Virus record (IMG/VR): IMGVR_UViG_3300045961_000160
Strand: one strand, 5' to 3'
Source of the DNA: an uncultured virus (IMG/VR IMGVR_UViG_3300045961_000160)
Taxonomy: Duplodnaviria; Heunggongvirae; Uroviricota; Caudoviricetes
Length of the DNA: 59,517 bases
This document shows positions 28,414 through 37,542 of this stretch, one piece after another. Position 1 is the stretch's first letter; each line of letters begins with the position of its first letter. A program made the translations under genes and the position numbers. The notes under the pieces were generated by a model. It saw nothing but the letters and a program-made list of their open reading frames with translations. It was not told where the DNA came from and ran no database searches.

Positions 28414-28726
28414 ATGATGCCCACTGTAGGAAGAATTGGTTGTCTCCACCGTGTGGAGCAAGTAGACTCACACCCTGATTATCAAGGTGTTAGAAATTAC
28501 AGTTCCCACAGTGTTTTAGTAACAGTTCCCATGGTATGCATGGTGTCGGCTCATTTAAACCTCCGGTTTAAGCCGCCTAGGCTAAATCCCTGATACTCCG
28601 TAGGTTGAACCTCTTCGGTTCAAACTCCCGCGGAGCAACAGTCCCACAGTATGCAGGATTGGCTCTCCAGTTACTATCATCAGCCACAATAAACGTAGAT
28701 TGTATAACTCTTTTACTATCATAACT

Positions 28727-28924
28727 ATGTCACAACCAGTAGATTACACCAAACAACTTAAAGTAGATGTTCAGATGACTCCACGTGAGTACTATCAGTT
28801 CAGACTATTAGCATTACAATACAATGTACAATTCCTAGTAAAATGGGAAAAAGATCACTGCATTGTAACCACTGAACTCCCGTTTATTATCTCTCAAGGA
28901 TACATACAAGGGATAGATTTTTAG
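28727..28924 (+). CDS. Hypothetical protein
   Basis: MSQPVDYTKQ...; ATG start within track ORF 28700-28924. Confidence 0.55.
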   Translation: MSQPVDYTKQLKVDVQMTPREYYQFRLLALQYNVQFLVKWEKDHCIVTTELPFIISQGYIQGIDF

Positions 28925-29115
28925 TTAAATAAGGGCTTTAAATAAGGCATCTTAACGGATTAATAATCAATCAGTTACATATTAAACTCTCATGGTAGGT
29001 TTTTTACATATTATGAGGGTTTTTATGTGTATGAGAGGGACCACCTACCCCTCTATTCATCATTATTCCAAAATCCCCAAATTCCATTATCAATTTTATT
29101 AATATAGTTAAATCT

Positions 29116-29436
29116 ATGAAAACAATCCTTCACATCACCAAATATGCCACAGGTTCTTTACTCCTTGGCTACGCTGTAATGCAAGCAATATGCTATGCCC
29201 TTACACAAACTCCACTCAGTGCTCAAACATTCTCTACAACAGAGCTAATCTTCATAGCACTCTATTACATCTTCCTCTTATCTTCTTCTCTCTTATATGC
29301 TTCTTCTAGTACAGAAGCTTTAGGACCAGCGGAACCTACTGAAGATGACCTATTCAAAAAGCTCACAAGTGAACCAGCCTACAAGCGTAGAACTCCTACA
29401 AACTTCAATGACAATGATCCTGCAATAGGCATATGA
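29116..29436 (+). CDS. Hypothetical membrane protein
   Basis: Two hydrophobic segments; ATGA coupling to next gene. Confidence 0.6.
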   Translation: MKTILHITKYATGSLLLGYAVMQAICYALTQTPLSAQTFSTTELIFIALYYIFLLSSSLLYASSSTEALGPAEPTEDDLFKKLTSEPAYKRRTPTNFNDNDPAIGI

Positions 29437-29675
29437 TCACAGTTGAGGAAATTGAACCAAAACTCAAAGCCTTAGAAGCTAAGCTCCTGGTCAATGAATT
29501 TCAAGCAGCTAATCTTGCCAACGTTACAGTATATGTAGCAGGAAGTTCTTTTAAGTATTATCCTGCATCATCATGGGCAAGAGTAACAGTTGTTAATACA
29601 GAAATGGCAGAGTTAACAAGAGTGGAAGCTTTAGAGCGCATCAAAAATGCATTCAATGAAAGATACTTTAGTTAA
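29433..29675 (+). CDS. Hypothetical protein
   Basis: 80 aa, coupled; hairpin terminator follows near 29685-29713. Confidence 0.6.
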   Translation: MITVEEIEPKLKALEAKLLVNEFQAANLANVTVYVAGSSFKYYPASSWARVTVVNTEMAELTRVEALERIKNAFNERYFS

Positions 29676-29725
29676 CAAATGTACAGGAGGGTGAATCAAG
29701 TAGCCCTCCTTTTATATCAACGCTT

Positions 29726-29968
29726 ATGAATATCGTAAACCTCATCGGTAAAGTAACAGATACACATCCAGTAATAAACAACACTAAAATGTTTACTCTG
29801 AATACAGATAACTGTTCACATGTACTCAGTGCAAGGGGAAAATACAAAGCAATCGCTGAATCATTACAGATCGGCCAACGCATAGCTGTACAAGGCAGTT
29901 TAACCAATCACAATCTTAAAGGACATACAGTAACTATAATAAGCATAGAAGATTTGTTGATTTTATAG
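29726..29968 (+). CDS. Minimal OB-fold SSB-like protein
   Basis: MNIVNLIGKV...AESLQIGQRIAVQGSL resembles the SSB OB fold without acidic tail. Confidence 0.55.
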   Translation: MNIVNLIGKVTDTHPVINNTKMFTLNTDNCSHVLSARGKYKAIAESLQIGQRIAVQGSLTNHNLKGHTVTIISIEDLLIL

Positions 29969-29997
29969 TTATATTTGAAAATTCTTAATCTATTAGT

Positions 29998-30192
29998 ATG
30001 AAAAATGAAGCAACAGGACTAATCTTAACGGTCCTAATTATCGGAGCAATTGCATTCGGAGAAATTCGTTGCATTTACAAAGCTGTTACTTGTAACTGGG
30101 AGCCAGTTGGTAAAGCTGAAATTATATACACAGCTAGTGCCTTTACAGGTCTAGGTGTTATTGTTGGATACATTAATATTGAGGACAAGTAA
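29998..30192 (+). CDS. Small membrane protein
   Basis: 64 aa; TATATTTG at 29970-29977 upstream. Confidence 0.6.
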   Translation: MKNEATGLILTVLIIGAIAFGEIRCIYKAVTCNWEPVGKAEIIYTASAFTGLGVIVGYINIEDK

Positions 30193-30194
30193 TC

Positions 30195-30440
30195 ATGGTT
30201 ATTCTATTTTTATTCGTAATGCTTGCAATATTTGCAGTTATGCTATTGATGTATGCACTTGATGAACAACGTGAATATCTACTTCTATTTGGATTTGTTG
30301 GAATAATTCTAATGATAATGGCAATTGGATTAGGTGATGCATCAGTAACCAAACGTGAATACAAATACAAAAAGAAACCTATTGTACACATTGAGTGCAA
30401 TGGTAGCAAGTGTGATACTACTTACATTTATAAATTCTAG
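30195..30440 (+). CDS. Small membrane protein
   Basis: Two TM segments. Confidence 0.6.
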   Translation: MVILFLFVMLAIFAVMLLMYALDEQREYLLLFGFVGIILMIMAIGLGDASVTKREYKYKKKPIVHIECNGSKCDTTYIYKF

Positions 30441-30442
30441 TC

Positions 30443-30817
30443 ATGACAGTTGTATTTATCAAGCACATAGCTCACATAGAAATGTGTGAAAAGAAAAGAG
30501 CAAGCCGTTGGTTGTACTATGGCACCAATAAAGTAAAGGTTGGTAAACAATTCTTTGGACTAGTTCCAATGTATGAAACAAAGACCGGTGTCTTTGAACT
30601 TCGCTTCATGGATGGTGATAAGTTTGTTGATACTATTGAAGACTTTAATAATAAAAACAAAAATATCTACTGTGACGGTGAAGATGTTTACCAACGCCCA
30701 CATATTGTTATGACAATGAATAACAATAACACCATCAAACAATACTTTTCTACAGTAGATGAGATGCGTAACTTTGTACATGCATTAAAAACGCAAGACA
30801 CAATTACATTACCGTAA
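30443..30817 (+). CDS. Hypothetical protein
   Basis: 124 aa in operon. Confidence 0.65.
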   Translation: MTVVFIKHIAHIEMCEKKRASRWLYYGTNKVKVGKQFFGLVPMYETKTGVFELRFMDGDKFVDTIEDFNNKNKNIYCDGEDVYQRPHIVMTMNNNNTIKQYFSTVDEMRNFVHALKTQDTITLP

Positions 30818-30837
30818 CCAATTAACAATTACATAAA

Positions 30838-31260
30838 ATGAAAAAGAGTGTATTTTTTATCTTAGCCTTAATGGCATTAAGTCTTACATCATGTCGCGGA
30901 TATGAGCGTGAGCAGGACAGACTGGATCGTGAAAGTGAAGGTAAAGGAGAGTTGCTTAAAGCAGAGTCAACTAAGAAAGTTCAGATTGAACAAGCAAAGG
31001 CAGACCTTGAGTCAGCTAAGCTTAATGCTCAAACTAAATTGGAAAAGGTTAGAGCTGAAGCTGATGCAAAAATCATCTCTTCTAAAGCTTACGCTGAAGC
31101 AACTGTAGTCAGTGCTAAAGGTGAGGCAGAAGCCAATCGTTTATTAACACAATCTTTGAATCCATTAATCCTGGAGTATATGAAGATTAATAAATGGAAT
31201 GGTAAGCTTCCTACTACAGCTGTTGGTGGTGGTACCAGTGCAATCATTAACATTAAGTAA
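30838..31260 (+). CDS. Lipoprotein with SPFH/prohibitin-like C-terminal coiled coil
   Basis: Lipobox LTSC; AKGEAEANRLLTQSLNP...KWNGKLP. Confidence 0.7.
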   Translation: MKKSVFFILALMALSLTSCRGYEREQDRLDRESEGKGELLKAESTKKVQIEQAKADLESAKLNAQTKLEKVRAEADAKIISSKAYAEATVVSAKGEAEANRLLTQSLNPLILEYMKINKWNGKLPTTAVGGGTSAIINIK

Positions 31261-31372
31261 TGAAGTACATTATCATTTGTGCTATTGCAATACCTGTGGT
31301 ATTAATTATCTGGGCTGGTGCAATTAGATTAATCAGAGAAATCTTTAGGAAGGATCACTAATCATAATTAAC

Positions 31373-31609
31373 ATGGCAAGATACGCAATTAAGCACACCG
31401 AGTCAGGTAAGATTTTAGAATATGATCACTGTTGCGAAGAAGGTGCAATGGTAGATGAGAAAGAACAAATACTTTCATGGGCAACCAAGGAAGAAGCTGA
31501 GAACCAGTTAAAAAGTATTCCTGATACAATATCTGTATGGGATGCTCAAGATGAAGCTGTTCCACCATATAAATGTTCTGCATCTGAATTTGAAGTAGCT
31601 GAATTGTAA
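31373..31609 (+). CDS. Hypothetical protein
   Basis: 78 aa, acidic. Confidence 0.6.
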   Translation: MARYAIKHTESGKILEYDHCCEEGAMVDEKEQILSWATKEEAENQLKSIPDTISVWDAQDEAVPPYKCSASEFEVAEL

Positions 31610-31722
31610 ACTACAGCTACACCCAGCTATGGGTTACTTGGATGATACAGTTACAGAGATTTGGTTAGACTAACCTCTGTTATAAAAAGAGACGTGACTG
31701 AATGCTGAGTAGTAATAGCAAA

Positions 31723-31841
31723 TGTGTTGTTCCCTTGAGAAAGGAAGACTGAACAGACGCTAAGTATGAAACTGATTACAATAAAAGTAATGGCCTAGAA
31801 ATAGGTGGGTAAAACAGTTCAGACAACACAGAGGGGTTCTC
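31723..31841 (+). ncRNA. Candidate structured RNA (three-way junction + pseudoknot)
   Basis: tgtgttgt/acaacaca, tcc/gga, ctgaac/gttcag stems; loop gagaa complementary to downstream ttctc. Confidence 0.5.
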
Positions 31842-31939
31842 TCCCTTAAAACATACCAATGAGATTTTTAAATCTCCTACTTACTTACGCAAGGAAGGAT
31901 TTGGTAGGTAGCACCATATAGTAGTGACGGTGCTAATAT

Positions 31940-32022
31940 AACCCTGTAGTGTAATGTAACACGGTCCTAATTTAATATGGTGTATTCCAGGGCTAGTGTC
32001 AGTTCAAGTCTGACCAGGGTTA
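31940..32022 (+). tRNA. tRNA-like element with 20-nt anticodon loop (no assignable anticodon)
   Basis: Acceptor aaccctg/cagggtt, D stem gtgt/acac, stem gtcct/agggc, T arm gtcag-ttcaagt-ctgac; no encoded CCA. Confidence 0.65.
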
Positions 32023-32267
32023 CAAACTTCGCTGGTTAAAGAGAGAGGTTGGTATCTTACCCCTCGCGTTGGTCGGGGGCTGCAAATAATATTGGATACA
32101 ATCTGATTGATGCAAGCCGCAACATCTACCTCTGCAAGTTTGATCGAACTGCTGTATGCTGGCAAAGATGGATCATGAAGAGTTTACTCTTGAAGGTACT
32201 ATGTGAAATTTAGCACAGTTTATAAGTGTTCTCTGAAGTTTAAGTGCATACGTTAGTAAGAGAAGGG

Positions 32268-32359
32268 AGTCAGGTGTATGGGTATACATAAGGTAGTGTT
32301 GAAGAAATTCATGTAATTCTGTAAAATCCTTATCACATGTTCGAATCATGTCCTGACTA
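32268..32359 (+). tRNA. tRNA-like element with enlarged anticodon arm (no assignable anticodon)
   Basis: Acceptor agtcagg/cctgact, tgtat/ataca arm, taagg/cctta stem closing about 34 nt, T arm acatg-ttcgaat-catgt. Confidence 0.6.
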
Positions 32360-32369
32360 CTAAAAAATA

Positions 32370-32748
32370 TTTTCCCCTGCTTAGTGGATTGGAGTTATGT
32401 AATCAGGTAGATGCTCCCCTCAAACGGTATGAGAGAATGAGTGGCTAAACAATAGTCAGACAACCGGAAAATAGTGACAGTCGGGAAAGTACCGGCACGT
32501 AATGCACCATTCTCATGTGGATATGGAGACTTCTAGTATATGCGGTAGGACATCAACCTACATACTAAGATGTGAAACCACCTGATTAATAATGCTAGAA
32601 ATAGATATTACAGTTAAATGTAATAGAGGATTAATCAGCTCCCAAGGATGAGCAGTTGTAATAGTACGGATACCAGCTCCTAAGTAAGTAGTCAATCCAT
32701 CTGGTAGGACGTGCTACTCCTATTACAACTGAGTGCAGAGGGGGAAAA
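32370..32748 (+). ncRNA. Candidate large structured ncRNA
   Basis: End-to-end pairing ttttcccctgc/gcagagggggaaaa; internal taatcaggt/acctgatta and 12-bp cagttgtaatag/ctattacaactg. Confidence 0.5.
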
Positions 32749-32840
32749 GGATTACGTGTGGTCCTAAAGCGGCACGGTGCTGTTGTAGTGTAGCCTATAA
32801 CTACAAACAAATAAAACAAAAAGGCATTATTAACTTGGAG

Positions 32841-32872
32841 TAAAGGGGTAGCAATGCCCCTTTATTTTTTTT
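32841..32872 (+). terminator. Intrinsic terminator closing the ncRNA array
   Basis: taaagggg...ccccttta + T8. Confidence 0.8.
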
Positions 32873-32899
32873 ACAAACCCCTTTAACACATTTTGCATC

Positions 32900-33700
32900 A
32901 TGATCTTTGATACAATAAAACAAACAGCAAAAAACAAGGTTTCTGTAGGAGATGAGTTCATCATTGAAGATGGTCATCGCACAGTAACTAAGATTAGCAC
33001 ACAGTATGTGTACCTAGACAATGGCCGGTATTACATCAAGAAGCATTTCAATAGTTGGGTCCGGATAGATAGGAACATCAAAGACAATCAAGAGAGTAGC
33101 CTGCGTATTAAGAATGATCTGGCTCTCCTAAAGAAAGAAGCCAAGAAAGAGTATGACAAGAAGTACAAGCTACCAAGCAAAGACTACTTAGCAGAGAACA
33201 CAATACTCAAGTTTGTAGTAATGACTCAGTCTAACAATGTCAACAATGAGATACCTAAGTTTTATTTCTCGCCAACAATCAAGGCAGACTATGATGACTT
33301 AGTAGCTTCATACCGGTCATTGCATGGCTTAGGTTACATGGCAATTGCTGAAGGTGAGTACATCTTACAAGAAGACAAGCTTGTGTTGATTGGTCTTAGA
33401 CCTTTCAAGAATTTAAGTAAGCTATTGTCAGACAAGCGCAAGAACTTTATTCTTATAAATCTTGTCAAAGAAAAGAAGTATAGAGTGTACATAGCTGAAT
33501 CTTACAGTAAACTTTTATGGCATGGAGCAATTGAGTATACGGTAAAGGATTTACTATCATCACCTCATCAATCCTCCACTCAATCACCAACTCAACCAAC
33601 AGTCGTAAAACACTGGTCAGGACTCAACGGTGACATCGCGCAAGACATGCTAGACAAAGGTCTAGAAAACATGTATGCAGATGATGACTTTCCTTTTTAA
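32900..33700 (+). CDS. Hypothetical protein
   Basis: 266 aa, ending in an SSB-like acidic tail DDDFPF. Confidence 0.7.
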   Translation: MIFDTIKQTAKNKVSVGDEFIIEDGHRTVTKISTQYVYLDNGRYYIKKHFNSWVRIDRNIKDNQESSLRIKNDLALLKKEAKKEYDKKYKLPSKDYLAENTILKFVVMTQSNNVNNEIPKFYFSPTIKADYDDLVASYRSLHGLGYMAIAEGEYILQEDKLVLIGLRPFKNLSKLLSDKRKNFILINLVKEKKYRVYIAESYSKLLWHGAIEYTVKDLLSSPHQSSTQSPTQPTVVKHWSGLNGDIAQDMLDKGLENMYADDDFPF

Positions 33701-33762
33701 TCAAACTAGGGGTGGCACCAGCGATAACTTCAACGGTGTCCACCCTATAACATTTAACAATT

Positions 33763-34134
33763 ATGAAAAGTGAATTTGTACCTTATGAGTTGGCGGTAAA
33801 ACTCAAACAACTTGGATTTGATGAACCTTGTTTTGCTAGATTTAACAATGATGATGATTTGTTAATTGCTCACACTGAAAAATACATTATTGATAATGGT
33901 GTTGACAGAAGTGAGTTTTTTACATTGGCACCACTATTCCAACAAGCATTTAGATGGTTTAGAGAGGAACATAATCTAGGACACATGATCAATGGTATTG
34001 GATATGAGTCATTTCTTTTTAACATAGGTGGTCTTGTAACAGTATTTCCAATGTTTAAAACCTATGAAGAAGCAGAACTTGCTTGCCTTGACAAATTGAT
34101 TGAAATTGTAGAACTTAAACAACAAGAACAATGA
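33763..34134 (+). CDS. Conserved Bacteroidota-phage hypothetical protein
   Basis: FVPYELAVKLKQLGFDEPC...APLFQQAFRWFRE...TYEEAELACL. Confidence 0.7.
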   Translation: MKSEFVPYELAVKLKQLGFDEPCFARFNNDDDLLIAHTEKYIIDNGVDRSEFFTLAPLFQQAFRWFREEHNLGHMINGIGYESFLFNIGGLVTVFPMFKTYEEAELACLDKLIEIVELKQQEQ

Positions 34135-34430
34135 AAGAAGAAACACTAGAAGAAGCTGCTGAAAAATGGTTATTTGAAACCAATGGTCATAAATGGTCAA
34201 ACAATGATGATACAGCAGGTGACAATTACGGATCATTTATAGCAGGTGCTGAATGGCAATCTAAAAAAATGTATACAGAGAAAGATTTGAGAAGAGGTAT
34301 TGAATTAGCTAGAGAAACTGCAAGAAGAGATGAGTTTTTACATTCTGATAATGAAATCATCAAATCCATAAACCAATCTAAACAACAAAAAACAAACACA
34401 AGTGAATGGAATGGTCCATACGCACATTAA
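34131..34430 (+). CDS. Hypothetical protein
   Basis: ETLEEAAE...FIAGAEWQ..MY motif frequent in Bacteroidota phages. Confidence 0.65.
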   Translation: MKEETLEEAAEKWLFETNGHKWSNNDDTAGDNYGSFIAGAEWQSKKMYTEKDLRRGIELARETARRDEFLHSDNEIIKSINQSKQQKTNTSEWNGPYAH

Positions 34431-34441
34431 ACAAAAATAAT

Positions 34442-34681
34442 ATGGAAAACGGAAACAGAGGAGCATTTGCAATGCTAGACTCAAATGGAAGTTACACTCA
34501 ATATGGTTTAACCAAACGTGAATATTTTGCAGCATTCGCTATGCAAGGACTATTAGCAAATCAAAATGGAGGAAAGCAAAAAGGAGGCGGAATGACTTTT
34601 TCACCAGTTGGAATATCTGAATTAGCAGTATTACATGCTGATGCTACACTCGCAGAACTTGAAAAAACTGAGAAACCATGA
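34442..34681 (+). CDS. Conserved phage hypothetical protein
   Basis: GLTKREYFAAFAMQGLLAN...AV..ADA.LAEL; start uncertain. Confidence 0.65.
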   Translation: MENGNRGAFAMLDSNGSYTQYGLTKREYFAAFAMQGLLANQNGGKQKGGGMTFSPVGISELAVLHADATLAELEKTEKP

Positions 34682-35028
34682 CAATTACTTTAATTACCCA
34701 AAATGAATATCAAAGGCTGTTAGGAATGCAGCAATCTTTTCCTGTATTAACTTATCAGCAAAAAGATTATGACAACATTGACCGTTCTAAATTAACATCA
34801 ATGGAAAAAAGAGCTGATGATGCAATCAACGCTATCCTACAGAAATCAATCAAAGGGTTTAGTAAATTTCAAAACTTTAACATTGACAAAAACGGTGATG
34901 TGAAACTTAGATTTCAATATTCCTGGACAGCTGATGAAGAAAATCCAGGTACTCCATTTACCGGAGTAGGATATATCTATGCAGATGAGTTAGTTAATGG
35001 CTTTAGGAAAGGAGGGATCAAGTTATGA
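34678..35028 (+). CDS. Hypothetical protein
   Basis: 116 aa, ATGA-coupled. Confidence 0.65.
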   Translation: MTITLITQNEYQRLLGMQQSFPVLTYQQKDYDNIDRSKLTSMEKRADDAINAILQKSIKGFSKFQNFNIDKNGDVKLRFQYSWTADEENPGTPFTGVGYIYADELVNGFRKGGIKL

Positions 35029-35210
35029 ATCCACATGTAAAAACAATCATTACTATTTTAACCGTTGCATTAATCATTACTGCTGTATGTTGGTTTCCAA
35101 TTATAGGTATGGTCATACTTTTAACTTCACTATTTGTACTTGCGTACTATTGGATATACTTATTTTGGAAAGGTGACTTAGATGATGACGATGATCCTAA
35201 CTACTATTAA
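35025..35210 (+). CDS. Small membrane protein
   Basis: Hydrophobic core with acidic tail. Confidence 0.55.
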   Translation: MNPHVKTIITILTVALIITAVCWFPIIGMVILLTSLFVLAYYWIYLFWKGDLDDDDDPNYY

Positions 35211-35344
35211 ATTCAAATACCATGAAACTAAATAAAGATGACCGTAGAGAAGAGATGGGTGCGTATGGCACCATGATCTTTATAGGAACCGTATTAGTTG
35301 CTGTATTGTATGCAATATTTTCAAAAATTTTTTAACCAATTATT

Positions 35345-35578
35345 ATGGCAAAGTATATCAAAACAAAAGGTGGTGACATCATTGTATTCAGTGAAGCAAT
35401 GTTTCACAATGAATTCCAAAGTAAAAACCCTGTAAGTGCAGGATTCATTAAATTCTATGTAAACAAAGAAGGTGAAATGGATTGTCGTTGTTATGGACAA
35501 AGCGTTTCTCTTGGTTTAGTAAGTGATGAAGAAGATGATACAACTGCTGCAAGATTTCAATTACTAAATCTTTATTAA
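35345..35578 (+). CDS. Hypothetical protein
   Basis: KYI...IIVF...H...VSAGF...CYGQSVSLG conserved-looking phage motif. Confidence 0.65.
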   Translation: MAKYIKTKGGDIIVFSEAMFHNEFQSKNPVSAGFIKFYVNKEGEMDCRCYGQSVSLGLVSDEEDDTTAARFQLLNLY

Positions 35579-35580
35579 TT

Positions 35581-36225
35581 ATGAAGAATACAGCAGAACT
35601 TATAGGATTCTACGGATCAGATACCATCCATGCATTATCGGCATGGACCAGTACATCCAGAGATTTATCACCAGATAAATTTGAACGCATACCTGCATTG
35701 CTAAAGATGTTAGCAAGTGAAGGGCACCACACACCCTTTGAAAAGTCTTCATTGCACTTCTTAGTAACAGTAGACCAAGCAACTCACATTCATCTCCTAA
35801 AGCACCGGATCGGTGTATCAATCAATGGTGAATCAGCAAGGTATAAAGAACTCAAAGAAGACCGTTACCTTATTCCTAATGACTGGGCTAATGCTGGTGA
35901 AAATGAAATAGGTAAAGACTGGCAAAAAGTGTTGATTCAACACACTCAAAAGAGTAACAGATTGTATCATCAGTGTCTCGAAGACTTGACACCACATATT
36001 GGACGCAAGCGTGCTAAAGAGTCTGCAAGATTCTTTAAGACATTTAATTCACAAATCACTATGGATGTAATGTTTAACTGGCGCAGCTTTTACCACTTCC
36101 AGCAGCTCCGTAACAGTGAGCATGCACAAGTGGAAGTGCGTGAGTTAGCACAACAGATGCTTGACTTAGTTAAGAACATTGAAGGTAATCCATTCAAAGA
36201 CACAATTAACGCATTCAATCTATGA
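35581..36225 (+). CDS. thyX: Flavin-dependent thymidylate synthase
   Basis: GHHTPFE, KHRIGVSINGESARY (RHR-x7-S-R-Y variant), NWRSF..F..LR...HAQ.EVR. Confidence 0.92.
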   Translation: MKNTAELIGFYGSDTIHALSAWTSTSRDLSPDKFERIPALLKMLASEGHHTPFEKSSLHFLVTVDQATHIHLLKHRIGVSINGESARYKELKEDRYLIPNDWANAGENEIGKDWQKVLIQHTQKSNRLYHQCLEDLTPHIGRKRAKESARFFKTFNSQITMDVMFNWRSFYHFQQLRNSEHAQVEVRELAQQMLDLVKNIEGNPFKDTINAFNL

Positions 36226-36416
36226 AAAAGTTATTTATCCTGATCATATTGATCACTGCAAGTACCAGCATTGTACTTAATGCAAATGCAAAAAAGAAAA
36301 CTGTTGTAAAAAAAGAACCGGAGAAGATTCATTTTACTAAGGTTGATGACTGGTCTAACATTAAAAACCAAGCTAAACTTAGATACTATGACAGACTCTA
36401 CAACCTCAGCAAATGA
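36222..36416 (+). CDS. Small protein with signal peptide
   Basis: MKKLFILIILITAS... Confidence 0.55.
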   Translation: MKKLFILIILITASTSIVLNANAKKKTVVKKEPEKIHFTKVDDWSNIKNQAKLRYYDRLYNLSK

Positions 36417-36786
36417 CAATACTCCTGTAATATTAATTAAATATTTTGGAGTTAATGCTGATGGTGAAAAAGCAACGCGCATAATATTTTATGACACAGC
36501 TTTAGAGAATGGTGCTGAATACATTGAAAATGGATTTGTATTTACACTGTCACCATTATCTGAACTTGCATTTTACATGCATAAGCATGCTCCAAAAATG
36601 AATGTAAAAATTCACAGCACTTACCGTAAAACTATCAAAGAGTTGTATGAATTTGATTACAGCATTCTGTATGACCTGCTCCTTTCTAAAGGTGGCAAAA
36701 ACTTTCTGGGCCAAGTGTTGATTGGTCTAGAAGAATTAACAAATCAACAACAAAAACTAGAACAATGGGAAAACGATCTAATGTAG
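36343..36786 (+). CDS. Hypothetical protein (true start probably downstream)
   Basis: 147 aa ORF in operon. Confidence 0.55.
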   Translation: MMTGLTLKTKLNLDTMTDSTTSANDNTPVILIKYFGVNADGEKATRIIFYDTALENGAEYIENGFVFTLSPLSELAFYMHKHAPKMNVKIHSTYRKTIKELYEFDYSILYDLLLSKGGKNFLGQVLIGLEELTNQQQKLEQWENDLM

Positions 36787-36959
36787 TTGAACTGCAACCC
36801 CTAGTTGCATGTTTAAAAGGCCATGAGAATGTATCTCCAGGCCCAATTGTGCGCAGACTAACGCGTAGATTCTACCACAAGTCAGGTTCAGAACTAAGAC
36901 TTGAGCAAGAACAGAAAATTAAATTACTAACCATGTCAGATTTAAATTATGGGAGCTAG
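36765..36959 (+). CDS. Hypothetical protein
   Basis: 64 aa bridging neighbours. Confidence 0.45.
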   Translation: MGKRSNVVELQPLVACLKGHENVSPGPIVRRLTRRFYHKSGSELRLEQEQKIKLLTMSDLNYGS

Positions 36960-37542
36960 TAATTTTCACAATGTAAATGCTCACAACATCTATGCTGTAC
37001 TCATGAGTTATGAAAGACCTGTAATCAATGATTACGGAGATGAGACAGGAGAAACAGAAATGCATTCACCTGAAGGATGGGAATGGTCTGATCTAAAAGC
37101 TGAGATTCGTAATGGCATGAAGGCAAAAGCTGAAGAAAAAGGTTATGATTACTATGCTAATGGAAGTATCTCAGATCCCCATGAACTTAGATCATATCCT
37201 TCTCAAGTTTTATTCACTGTAGAACACAGCAAAACTTACGCTGATGTTGATGTTATTGTTAGCATCAGTGGTGTGTTGAGAAGTGGTTATCATGACGGTG
37301 CCTGCCTTGATTGGTGGATACATAATGATGAGCCAGAGGTATCTTTAGGAGAATCTATGGACTTCAAATCTAACTTACCTGCAGGGTTAATCAAAATACT
37401 AAGCAAACATGCTACGAATTGGTACAATAAAACCAAAGATGAGATGATTGCTTTAGTTGAAGAGCATTACAAAGAACACGCACAAGGTTTCAAAGTTGTT
37501 GCCCAGTTCAGTAACGGGGAAACAATGTATGAAAAAGTTTAA
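36949..37542 (+). CDS. Hypothetical protein
   Basis: 197 aa; MGASNF...RSGYHDGACLD...AQFSNGETMY. Confidence 0.7.
   Translation: MGASNFHNVNAHNIYAVLMSYERPVINDYGDETGETEMHSPEGWEWSDLKAEIRNGMKAKAEEKGYDYYANGSISDPHELRSYPSQVLFTVEHSKTYADVDVIVSISGVLRSGYHDGACLDWWIHNDEPEVSLGESMDFKSNLPAGLIKILSKHATNWYNKTKDEMIALVEEHYKEHAQGFKVVAQFSNGETMYEKV

Noticed and set aside
31940..32359. Assigning amino-acid identities to the two tRNA-like elements
   Set aside because: No 7-nt anticodon loop can be defined
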